From Dehalococcoidia bacterium (lineage in GTDB: Bacteria > Chloroflexota > Dehalococcoidia > UBA6926), in NCBI GenBank assembly GCA_965237465.1, contig OZ250138.1, positions 1,340,110-1,404,109 of the forward strand: 64,000 nucleotides of DNA, read 5' to 3'. Positions 19,507 through 28,212 of the stretch are shown here, one piece after another. The position numbers and the translations under genes are program-made. Positions within the stretch are counted from its first letter, which is position 1. Each line of letters opens with the position of its first letter. The notes beneath the pieces were generated by a model. That model was not told the DNA's origin. It was given only the letters and a program-made list of their open reading frames with translations, and made no database searches.

Positions 19507-20095
19507 GAATCCACTCTTCCGCATCCTCTCGGGCGGCATCCTGTTGCTGTCGTTGGTGTTTGTCGCCATTGCATGCTCAACGGCGCCTGAGGAGGAGTCT
19601 GTCGAAACGTCGCCCGAGACGCCAACCGATGCACCCGCAGGGCCGACGGTCGGCGGCAGCGTCGGCGACCTCGCGCCGGACTTCTCGCTCTCTGCGACTG
19701 ACGGCCGTATGGCTTCGCTGACTGAATTCAAGCAAGCCAACCAGCCCGTTGTCGTGTATTTCTTCGCAACCTGGTGACCAACCTGTCGGTCCGAGTTGCG
19801 GGCCCTCAAGGAAATCTACCCCCAGTATTCTGATCAGGTCGCGTTTATCGGCGTCGACGTTGATCCCTCTGAGAGCGCTGAAAAGATCAGCGCATACGCA
19901 AGCGATCAGGGATACCCCTGGCCCATGGCTGAGTATGATCCCGACATCCTGGTGGACTATGGCATCCGATCCCAGGCCTCAAAAGTGATGATCGGCGGCG
20001 ACGGCGTGATCACATTCCGCGCCACGTCCAGCAAGACTCGTGACGACAAGTGGCACGAGGTGTTCCAGGAGGTCATCGCGCAATCTGCCGGATAG
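19499..20095 (+). CDS. candidate selenoprotein: TlpA/ResA-like thioredoxin-fold lipoprotein with U-P-T-C redox motif (in-frame TGA at 19775-19777)
   Basis: ATG 19499 (GAGGAGGG 15 nt upstream) overlaps the hyuB stop. Signal peptide MTRNPLFRILSGGILLLSLVFVAIAC. Codons around the TGA read VVVYFFATW-TGA-PTCRSELRALKE, the position where thioredoxin-like proteins carry WCPxC. The same frame continues 106 codons to TAG 20093-20095 (...GYPWPMAEYDP...VMIGGDGVITF...). Confidence 0.65.
19788..19804 (+). promoter_or_regulatory. candidate SECIS-like hairpin (GGUCCG-AGUUG-CGGGCC), starting 11 nt after UGA 19775
   Basis: 6-bp stem (one G-U pair) with a 5-nt loop. Position relative to the UGA matches bacterial SECIS placement. 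Also present in the paralog with a compensatory change. Confidence 0.4.
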
Positions 20096-20126
20096 TGGCG
20101 TAGGGAATCTCAAACATGACGCCCCA

Positions 20127-20151
20127 GTCATTCCGGCTCTCGCCGGAATCC
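20127..20151 (+). repeat. REP-like palindromic element copy (gtcATTCCGGCtctcGCCGGAATcc)
   Basis: 8-bp stem ATTCCGGC/GCCGGAAT. Same family as the copies at 21225, 47854, 52117 and 52200. Confidence 0.7.
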
Positions 20152-20230
20152 AGTGCTTCGGCTGCGGGCAGATTCCGCCTAGGCCCCTTGGCGGCAACGG
20201 CCAGCAGCATTCAAATGTAATGGACTCCTT

Positions 20231-21163
20231 TTGCATACAGAAAATCGCGAAATGACAAGCGCACAAATGTCCTCCGTCCTGCGCTCTTTCATGCGATGGC
20301 GGCGTCCGGGGATCATCACAGTTGCGCTCATTATCGTGGCCATCGCCGCGGCAGCAGCAGGATGCACGACCGCCGTGCAGACTTCGCCGGACGACAGCGG
20401 CCGGACGACGCTTGCGCCCACGTCCCAGGTTCAGATCACCACCTTGCCCGCCCCGGTAACAGGAGAGCAGGAGCCCGGAGACTCCGCCGCCTCGCCGACG
20501 GTCTCTCCAATGACCCCAACGCCCCCGACCGGGCAACGCTCAACCGCGGTCGCACCGGAACCGGCGGCCACCGATTCAAGCGGCGCCGGGAGTGCGGAGC
20601 CGACGGAGACGCCGGCGCTCCCAACGGCCACGCCCGCAAACGTCCCTGTGGAACCGTCCCCAACGAGCATCCCCCCGCCGCCGACAGCAACAACTGCCCC
20701 ACCCACCTCCACGCCAATTCCACTGCCGACAGGTCATCGCGTCGGCAACAGCGCCCCTGATTTCACGGTGGAAACCGTTGATGGCGTGACCGTCTCTCTA
20801 ACTGACTACAAGCAGGCCAACCAGCCCGTCGTTGTCTACTTCTTCGCAACCTGGTGACCAACGTGCCGGTCCGAGTTGCGGACCCTCAAGGACGTCTATC
20901 CCGACTACGCCGATCGCGTCGAGTTCATCGGCGTGGGCACGGATTTTGGGGAATCCGCAGCCGACGTGCGACGCTTTTCCAATGCGGAAGGCTACCCGTG
21001 GGACATGGCGCCGTGGGAATCATCCATCGTCGCCGACTATCGAATACTGAGTCAGTCATCCAAGGTAGCCATTAACGGCGACGGCGTCATCACATACCGC
21101 AGCGGATACGGCAGTCTCTCCTCCCGTGACTGGCGCAACATCTTCGAGGACCTGCTCGACTAG
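20231..21163 (+). CDS. candidate selenoprotein paralog: TlpA-like thioredoxin-fold lipoprotein with U-P-T-C motif (in-frame TGA at 20855-20857); start uncertain
   Basis: Signal peptide ...ITVALIIVAIAAAAAGC. Long Pro/Thr/Ala-rich linker, then HRVGNSAPDFTVETVDGVTVSLTDYKQANQPVVVYFFATW-TGA-PTCRSELRTLKD... continuing in frame to TAG 21161-21163. 5' end could be ATG 20231, 20252, 20267 or 20291. Confidence 0.6.
20868..20884 (+). promoter_or_regulatory. candidate SECIS-like hairpin (GGUCCG-AGUUG-CGGACC), starting 11 nt after UGA 20855
   Basis: Same stem-loop as at 19788, but the G-U pair is replaced by a U-A pair (G to A in the 3' arm). Confidence 0.4.
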
Positions 21164-21224
21164 GAAAACCCGAACCGCCGCGTCGGCAGGGGCGAAAACG
21201 CCCAACCTCGTCCGCTACGCCACC

Positions 21225-21249
21225 GTCATTTCGGCGAAAGCCGGAATCC
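21225..21249 (+). repeat. REP-like palindromic element copy (cgtcATTTCGGCgaaaGCCGGAATcc)
   Basis: Stem with one U-G wobble and a GAAA tetraloop. Lies in the intergenic space between the selenoprotein 2 stop and the stop of the giant helicase gene. Confidence 0.7.
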
Positions 21250-21281
21250 AGCCGGGCGCCGGCGCACTCATTCCCCCGACA

Positions 21282-24200
21282 CTACTCATTCGGCTCGAAC
21301 ACCAGCTCCGGGATCACGACTTCCCAAGAATCGCACTGTAGGCGGTCCCGGTACTCAGGCTCCGAACGCTCACGGTCCCAGCCAGCGATGGCGAAGACCG
21401 TGGCATACGAGCAGCGCATGCCAGACGGCGGCTCGAAACCACCGGCAAGCTGTCCCACCACCGTCCCGTTGCGATCCAAGAGCTCCCACCGACTTGACCT
21501 GAGCCGCAAATCCAGCAGATCGCCCGGCGAGAGCGAGGCAATGGCGTGATGAACCGGATGGCCTGAGGCTTGGTATCCCGCATAGCTCAGAAAGACGTCG
21601 CTCAGGCTGAGTCGCCGATAACGGCGAGCGAGTTCCGGCGCAGGCGGCGGAAGGTTGAGGGGCTCCCGGCGCAGCACCGATGGCGCCGCCCGCAAGGCGC
21701 CCTGGAGCGGGTGCGCCCGTGCAAAGCTCGCGAGGGCTAAAGTCTGCCGCGCACGGGTCATGGCCACGTAGTACAGTCGGCGCGGGGCATCCGCATCCCC
21801 GTCGTCGCCAATGCGATCCCAGGCTCCGTCCAGCACAATCACGTGGTCGAACTCCAGGCCCTTGGCGCGATGGGCGGTGAGCAGCAGCAGCCCGCGTTGG
21901 CGGCGCCGTACTTCCCGCGCCCACTCGGCCAGCCATTCAATGCACGCATCAACCGGTGTTTCGGCGCCTCCGGTTTCCATCGCGTACTCGGTTATCGCTT
22001 CTTGAAGCAGTTCAATCCAGGGGCCTGGAGATTGGTTGCCCACCCAGTCATTCAGATCCCCGCTCTTCACCAGGAGGGAATCCCGCCCACGCAGCCAGTT
22101 CACAAGAGCCCTGGTCTCACGCAAATGCCAGATGCCGGTGAAATCCTCGTTTGCCATCTGCACGGGGATACCCTCAAGTTCGCAGAGGCTGCGCACCGCA
22201 TCCAGATAGCTCCATTCACGCGCCACCACCGCGCAGGCGGACCACTCCCAGTCAGGAGCGAGGCCGGACAATCGCTTCAATTCTGCGACGACCACCTGTG
22301 CTTGGGAGATGGGAGTGTCGCCCGTCTGTAGTATTTGGACCTGGCCACGAGCCACCGGGTCTATGGTGGTCCACGCGCCGCCGGGCGGGTCCTTCGTTCG
22401 ACTCTGGTTTACGCCGATGGGATGCCCGGCCTTCATTCGGCCCCGAGCCGGTTCAATCACAGCATTGGCCGCCTTGATGATGTGCCCTGTGGAGCGATAG
22501 TTGTCTGTCAGGAAGGCGGGCTTTGCGCCATAATCCTCTTCGAAGCGCTGGATAAACGCCGGTGACGAGCCATTGAAGGCGTAGATGTTCTGGTCATCGT
22601 CGCCGACGGCCAGCAGACCGAGCTTGTCGTCCGGATCGGAAAGCGTTCTGCCTGCCAAGGCGGAAATCAGCTCATATTGATCCGGGCCAATGTCCTGGTA
22701 CTCGTCCACCAGAATCCATCGGAACCCCGACAACAGTCGTTCTCGATACTCGTCCGCTTCATCGGGCGGCAATCCTTCTCCTCGCAACATAGCCGTCGCC
22801 TCCTGAAGCAACTTCTGGAAATCCGTGTCCTCCGGACGATTGGCAGGCCCCGTGAAACTGGCGCCCACCAGCCGCATGGCGAGGGCGTGACAGGTGAGCA
22901 CGATCACTCCGCGGGCGTCGTCGCCTATCAGCTCTGCGAGGCGGCGGCGAATCTCGACTGCGGCATGCCGGTTGTAGGCAAGGGCCACGATGGAGCGGGG
23001 ATTCTCTCGCTTGACCCGTATCAGATAGGCGATGCGATGCACCAACACCCGCGTCTTGCCTGACCCGGGACCGGCCAGCGCCAGCACGTTCGTCTGTTCC
23101 CGGTCGTCCGTCACAATGCGGCGCTGGTCAGGATTGTTCAGGCTTTCGACGATCGTTCGCCACGATTCCGGCGTGGTCTGCCGCGATGTCTCCCTCTCTC
23201 GATCCGGCAGCCAGCGGCGCAGAAAGTCTTCTCGACGACTGCTGAAATAGTCCACGATCAGGCGTAGGGCATCGGCCATGGCCTGAAGCCCCCGCCGTAC
23301 GAACTCCGCCATCACGTGGATCTGCAGCACCTGTTCGTCGTAATGGAGCTTGAGGGATGCAAAGTCGGTCTGGGCAAATCCGCGCCTCTCCGGCTTCAAG
23401 CGGATGGTCATAGCCGGGCGGAAAACTGCCAGGCCCTTGTTCAGCCGAATGACCTCTTGCTCATGCAGCCAGAGCAGGGCGCGATCCATCAGCTTGGCGG
23501 GAGCCCTGTCGGTGCTCCCCAGCAACATGTCAGACTTGATCGCCTCCAGCAGCTTGCCCAGCGTCGTCTCTGCCAGCAGGTCCGTGCCCCGACTCCCCTG
23601 AGGCAGGCATGTGAGTAGGTGCTGCAACAGCCGCCCGGCTCCTGCGCGCCGCAGCTCGGCGGTCTTCTCAAGGTCTCCCCACTCCCGCCGTAATGTGACG
23701 TAGATCGTGTCCGCATCACGCCCCCGAACGCTGAGGCTTCCCCCGTCGCCCCCATCGCCGCGCCCGTCAGCGGCAATGCTGCGGATGATGCGCCTTACGC
23801 GTTCCGGCAGCGCGTAAGAATAACCTTCGTCCTTGAGTCGTTGAGTGGCGAGGCGGAGATGCAGCGGGTAGGATTCGCCCTTGCTCATATCGGGGGCCAT
23901 CTCGCGCATGAGGGAAATCAGGCCTTGCTCCAGCGCCGCCGCCTCATCGAGTCGTCTCCGGGAGGAGTGTTCCATCCTCCCTGTATGGACAAAAGCGGTC
24001 AACACCGTATCGTTGCTGGCGATGCCTAGTCGCTCCAGGTCGTAGAGCGCGGCCCGCACTCCCTCTGAGTTCAGGCCCGACACGGTCATCAACTCGTCAG
24101 TGGTGATTCCTTCGTCCGCATTCGCCTCGATGAGCGTCTCGGAAATGGTCGCCAGCTGGCGGCGATAGGCATGGGCGATTTCGACCTTTCCAAGCTTGAC

Positions 24201-26369
24201 GCGGGCTTCTTCCTTTGAGTTCACCCGCAAGGAGGACGGGAACACCTGCACCTGGTTCTCTTCTCGGGTCAGCAGCTCGGCCTGTTCCAGCCAGGACACT
24301 GCCGTGCGAACCCGGTTGTCATCGGTTGCGGAATCTCGCACGAATGCGTTGTCGTCGTCCTCTCCAAGGATCTCGCCGGCGGTGGCGACTACTTCGCCGT
24401 CCAGGCGCCCCTTTCGATCAAAATTCCGCAGCGCCCTGAGCACTCCGTGGATTTCCCGTCGCGTGAGACGGGAACGCGCCGACATGCCGAACTGCCGCTC
24501 CACGTCGTCCGGCGTGTAGAGCAGCACACAGCGGGCCGCCTGTTGATCACGTCCGGCACGGCCCGCTTCCTGAAGGTAGTTCTCCAAAGAACCGGGGATG
24601 TCGGCGTGAATAACCACCCGTACGTCCGGTTTGTCTATGCCCATGCCAAAGGCGTTGGTGGCGACTATTGCCCGCAGATCGCCGCGGATGAAGCTCTGTT
24701 GGACATCCTTTTTGGTCTCCGACGGCAGTCCCGCGTGGAAGTAGTTCGCCTGCATCCCTTTTGCCTGCAAGAACGCCGATATCTCTTCGGCCTGCCGCCG
24801 CGTCGCGCAATAGACGATGGCGCCGCCCGGTTCATCCCTCGGCAGATCGGCCTCCAGGATCTGGTGGATATGAGCCAGCTTTTCTTCGTTGCTGGTCTGC
24901 GCCACAACAAATTCTAGGTTGGCGCGTTGGGCGCCGCCGTTGAAGACCTTCAGTTGGATGCCCAACTCTTTCCGGAAGTAGTCCACGATCTCCGTCTCCA
25001 CGTCCGGCTTGGCGGTCGCGGTCAGACACAATACGGGAGGCGGCGGTTCCGTTCCCGACCTCTCACGGATGAAGCGCCCCACGTAACGGTAATCTGGCCG
25101 AAAGTCATGTCCCCACCGTGAGAGGCAATGAGCCTCGTCCAGCACCCAGCCGCCAATCTCCCGTTGCGCCAGAACACGACGCACGGACACGCTACGGAGT
25201 TGCTCCGGAGAGATGATAAGGATGCCGGCATCACCCAGCCGCACCCGATCCAGGGCATCGGCCCGTTCCGGCATGGACAGTAGCCCGTTGATGGTGACGC
25301 AGGAATCGATTCCGCCTGCCTTGAGCCCCTCCACCTGGTCAGCCATGAGGGCAACCAGAGGCGAGATCACAACGGTCAGCGCGCCGGTCTTGTCGTATCG
25401 GGAAAGGGCCGGCAGCTGGTAGCAAAGCGATTTTCCAGCGCCGGTGGGCAGGATTGCCAGGACGTGCTCTTTGCCCAACGCCGCTTCGACGACGGACTGC
25501 TGCATAGGCTGCCCGGCATCTTCGTCCTCCGGCTCAGGCCGGAAGCTGTCAAAGCCGAACCAGCGGGCGAGCTCCTTGCGGGCATCGTGCTGTTCCCGAC
25601 ACCAGTCGCAAGCGCGATCAACGCAGGCTGTATCGCGCAAACGGCGGATCAACCGCCCTGCCTCGGGAAACTGATGCCGAACCCAGGGAGGCAAGACCGA
25701 ATTGCCCCCGGACACCGACAGCCACGCCAAGGCGTATGCAAGCGCCCACCCGTACTTGCCTACATCCTCCATGACCTCGCGCGTGTGCGTCTGGCAGGCG
25801 TTTCCGGTCAGACGTCTGCGAATCGCATCATGCGCGTCCGCGTCGGATGGCTTTGGCGCACCTCGTATTGACGTGAATATCTGGTCGAATCCTGCGCCAT
25901 CATCCGCGCTGGTCAGCCAATGCCAGGCCATCAACAGGTCCGCTTCACCATCGCTCAGCGCCCTTTGCTGATTCTCGAATACCTCGAGCGTCAGTCTCGC
26001 ATCCAGTTCCGGATCGTTAATGCGCCCACGTTTAAGTTGTCCGTCCTGGTAATGCTTCACCAGGTGGTGATAGGGGTTGCGGGGGAAGGCCAGGGGATTA
26101 AGTCTAAGCGTGTCCACTGCCGGCAGCCGCAGTAACCGCAAGCTGGGATTTGCGGCTTGAAGGTGGGGCACATCGAAATCTACCAGATTGTGGCCCAGCA
26201 GAAAGTCCGCTCCATCGGCAAGGGCGTCCAGATCGACCAAAGCCTGGTCAAGGCTGCTGCCTGTTCGGGGGAACGTCAGGGACTGATCAGTATCCGGGCG
26301 CACTCCCGCGAATGCGTGGATGCGGCTGTCCCGGACCCCGACTTCCAGATCCACCGACAGGGGCCGCAA
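21282..26369 (-). CDS. giant multidomain protein: DEDDh 3'-5' exonuclease + RecQ-family SF2 helicase + UvrD/PcrA-family SF1 helicase
   Basis: 1695-aa uninterrupted ORF (TTG start at 26369; no ATG/GTG further upstream in frame). Residues 1-150: DnaQ-like exonuclease motifs (SVDLEVGV, GHNLVDFDVPHL). Residues ~290-640: RecQ motifs (ILPTGAGKS, VLDEAHCLSRWGHDFRPDY, VLCLTATA, IVATNAFGMGIDKPDVRVVIH, QEAGRAGRD). Residues ~1090-1695: UvrD motifs (ALAGPGSGKT, ILVDEYQD, VGDDDQNIYAFNGS, DNYRSTGHI, LLTAHRAKGLEFDHVIVL, YVAMTRARQ). Confidence 0.85.
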   Translation of the reverse strand: MRPLSVDLEVGVRDSRIHAFAGVRPDTDQSLTFPRTGSSLDQALVDLDALADGADFLLGHNLVDFDVPHLQAANPSLRLLRLPAVDTLRLNPLAFPRNPYHHLVKHYQDGQLKRGRINDPELDARLTLEVFENQQRALSDGEADLLMAWHWLTSADDGAGFDQIFTSIRGAPKPSDADAHDAIRRRLTGNACQTHTREVMEDVGKYGWALAYALAWLSVSGGNSVLPPWVRHQFPEAGRLIRRLRDTACVDRACDWCREQHDARKELARWFGFDSFRPEPEDEDAGQPMQQSVVEAALGKEHVLAILPTGAGKSLCYQLPALSRYDKTGALTVVISPLVALMADQVEGLKAGGIDSCVTINGLLSMPERADALDRVRLGDAGILIISPEQLRSVSVRRVLAQREIGGWVLDEAHCLSRWGHDFRPDYRYVGRFIRERSGTEPPPPVLCLTATAKPDVETEIVDYFRKELGIQLKVFNGGAQRANLEFVVAQTSNEEKLAHIHQILEADLPRDEPGGAIVYCATRRQAEEISAFLQAKGMQANYFHAGLPSETKKDVQQSFIRGDLRAIVATNAFGMGIDKPDVRVVIHADIPGSLENYLQEAGRAGRDQQAARCVLLYTPDDVERQFGMSARSRLTRREIHGVLRALRNFDRKGRLDGEVVATAGEILGEDDDNAFVRDSATDDNRVRTAVSWLEQAELLTREENQVQVFPSSLRVNSKEEARVKLGKVEIAHAYRRQLATISETLIEANADEGITTDELMTVSGLNSEGVRAALYDLERLGIASNDTVLTAFVHTGRMEHSSRRRLDEAAALEQGLISLMREMAPDMSKGESYPLHLRLATQRLKDEGYSYALPERVRRIIRSIAADGRGDGGDGGSLSVRGRDADTIYVTLRREWGDLEKTAELRRAGAGRLLQHLLTCLPQGSRGTDLLAETTLGKLLEAIKSDMLLGSTDRAPAKLMDRALLWLHEQEVIRLNKGLAVFRPAMTIRLKPERRGFAQTDFASLKLHYDEQVLQIHVMAEFVRRGLQAMADALRLIVDYFSSRREDFLRRWLPDRERETSRQTTPESWRTIVESLNNPDQRRIVTDDREQTNVLALAGPGSGKTRVLVHRIAYLIRVKRENPRSIVALAYNRHAAVEIRRRLAELIGDDARGVIVLTCHALAMRLVGASFTGPANRPEDTDFQKLLQEATAMLRGEGLPPDEADEYRERLLSGFRWILVDEYQDIGPDQYELISALAGRTLSDPDDKLGLLAVGDDDQNIYAFNGSSPAFIQRFEEDYGAKPAFLTDNYRSTGHIIKAANAVIEPARGRMKAGHPIGVNQSRTKDPPGGAWTTIDPVARGQVQILQTGDTPISQAQVVVAELKRLSGLAPDWEWSACAVVAREWSYLDAVRSLCELEGIPVQMANEDFTGIWHLRETRALVNWLRGRDSLLVKSGDLNDWVGNQSPGPWIELLQEAITEYAMETGGAETPVDACIEWLAEWAREVRRRQRGLLLLTAHRAKGLEFDHVIVLDGAWDRIGDDGDADAPRRLYYVAMTRARQTLALASFARAHPLQGALRAAPSVLRREPLNLPPPAPELARRYRRLSLSDVFLSYAGYQASGHPVHHAIASLSPGDLLDLRLRSSRWELLDRNGTVVGQLAGGFEPPSGMRCSYATVFAIAGWDRERSEPEYRDRLQCDSWEVVIPELVFEPNE

Positions 26370-26842
26370 CTGTATTCGGCTTTCTTCGTTAGCCAGCAGA
26401 GTGAAGTGCCTCCGGCTTCAGTCGATTATCCGGGCCTGTAGTGTCGTATTGCTCGGCGTCCATCCGGTTGCAATTGGCAAACGTCATCCCGCCTCCACTA
26501 CAGCGAGTATACAGAATGGGGTCACGGCCAAGTCTGTGCGTGGGCTGCCCCTATTCAGGCAGCACCGCGACGCGCCCTGCTGCCGATGATGAAGCCTGAT
26601 CTTCCCCGACAGGCTGCGAGACTGCGTTTCGCGGCGTTGCCGGGTACATACCCGGGGCGTCGCCAGGGAATCGCAAACTTCTTGCAATAGGCGGGCCCGC
26701 TTGATTTCAACTGGTCGCAGGATTTTCGAGCCGTGGCCGATGGAAGTCGAGGCCACGGTCGCTGGGAGTTGCGCCGCCGCGTTAGAGGGCTTAGGCGCGC
26801 GAAGGCCCGACTACAACGTGTGAGCAGCGCTGGGATTAAATC

Positions 26843-26877
26843 AAAGAGGGCCGAGGATTCACCCTCGGCCCTCTTTT
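26843..26877 (-). terminator. bidirectional rho-independent terminator hairpin downstream of the collagen-like gene
   Basis: Perfect 11-bp GC-rich stem GAGGGCCGAGG/CCTCGGCCCTC (26846-26856/26863-26873) with 6-nt loop. Flanked by AAA on the left and TTTT on the right, giving U-runs on both strands. Confidence 0.7.
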
Positions 26878-26996
26878 GCCCTAAGGAGACTCTGAACTAA
26901 CCGCCAACGCTTCCTTCTGCTCTATCCGACCACCCCTAAACCTGGCGGGGCCTCAACAGCGGTCAGAAAGCGCCATGTGCGGTATTTGTCCTCGTT

Positions 26997-27974
26997 CTAG
27001 TCAGACGCAATCGCGCAGATCACATGGACGCTAAGCCGCCACGAATCGGTTACTGCGCCGACTTCCTTGGCCACCCCTGTCCATGAGGGAGACTTCTCTC
27101 CCGTCAGCCCGCTTGGATACGAGGCCACGATCGCTACGCCCGCAGGAATCTCGGCATCGGCAGAACCGATCGCTCCCAAGACTCGCGCGCCGCCGCCCGT
27201 CGCAACCTTGCCTCCGGCGCATCGGACAGTCATGGCCTTGTCGGTGCTGTTCGCTGCCGTGACCTGTACCACGATCTCAGACCCGCTTATGCCTGGAGGT
27301 CCCTGTTGCCCTTGAGGACCATGAGGCCCTGCCTCGCCCTTCGGGCCTGCAACACCACGCTGGCCTGCAGATCCGGGAGCCCCTTCAGGTCCCCTGGGGC
27401 CTGGAGGTCCTACATTACCCGCCGGTCCTACCGGCCCTACTTGCCCTTGAGGCCCCAGCGGTCCTGGCGGGCCCTGTGGTCCAGTTTCACCCTGCAGACC
27501 CTGCGGTCCTTGAGGACCTGTGTCGCCCTTTTGTCCGGAGTCCCCGATCTGTCCCTGCGAACCAACCGGACCCTGCGGACCTACTGGCCCTGGAGGTCCA
27601 CCGGGATCGCCCTTGGCTCCATCCTGGCCAGGCGTTCCGATATCGCCCTTCTCACCCTGAGGCCCCTGAGGTCCCTGGGCTCCCTGGGGACCCTGTAGTC
27701 CCTGTAATCCCTGGATTCCCTGTGGCCCTCCCGGGTCACCTTGGTTTCCCTTGTCTCCATTGTCACCTTGCGATCCCTGTGGTCCTGCGGAGCCTGCCGG
27801 ACCTGCCGGTCCTATTGGCCCCTGAGAACCTGCAGGGCCAATGGCGCCGGCGGGACCCTGGGAGCCTTGGTCCCCTTGAGGACCGGCATCGCCTGCGCAA
27901 CCAACAGCCACAAGTGTGACTCCTATCAAAATCGATATGACGCCGAGTCGCTTCCATCCGAAACCGACGGTCAT
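26997..27974 (-). CDS. collagen-like triple-helix repeat (GXY) lipoprotein with C-terminal globular domain
   Basis: Signal peptide with Cys ([14 protein letters not shown]). Then about 70 uninterrupted Gly-X-Y triplets rich in Pro/Gln ([31 protein letters not shown]...). Then a ~100-aa non-repetitive C-terminal domain. Confidence 0.8.
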   Translation of the reverse strand: MTVGFGWKRLGVISILIGVTLVAVGCAGDAGPQGDQGSQGPAGAIGPAGSQGPIGPAGPAGSAGPQGSQGDNGDKGNQGDPGGPQGIQGLQGLQGPQGAQGPQGPQGEKGDIGTPGQDGAKGDPGGPPGPVGPQGPVGSQGQIGDSGQKGDTGPQGPQGLQGETGPQGPPGPLGPQGQVGPVGPAGNVGPPGPRGPEGAPGSAGQRGVAGPKGEAGPHGPQGQQGPPGISGSEIVVQVTAANSTDKAMTVRCAGGKVATGGGARVLGAIGSADAEIPAGVAIVASYPSGLTGEKSPSWTGVAKEVGAVTDSWRLSVHVICAIASD

Positions 27975-28212
27975 CCATCACCTCCCGCTGGGCAGCATTC
28001 ATGAAGTTTGCATCGGTGCTTATTGTACCGTCCTGAAAATGATGTGGCAACTGCCCGCAGCCACTAAATGGCCTGTTAAGAAAACGTTTTTGACGAGATT
28101 TAAAGTTGTGGGGCGTCCCTCCTAGACCGGCCCCCGCAAGGCTGCCGACACTCGCGGAGGGTGAAACGCAGCCTGAAATCACTTTCCGAGGCCGCCCGAG
28201 CCCTGTTCGTTC

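Noticed and set aside
21370-23776. Multiple 60-190-aa ORFs on both strands inside the giant helicase gene
   Set aside because: All nested in a 1695-aa ORF with continuous helicase/exonuclease motifs. Arg/Ala/Pro-rich compositions typical of GC-driven spurious frames.
27306-27919. + strand ORFs antisense to the collagen-like gene
   Set aside because: They arise from the reverse complement of the GXY repeat (Pro/Leu/Arg-rich periodic translation). There is no independent support.
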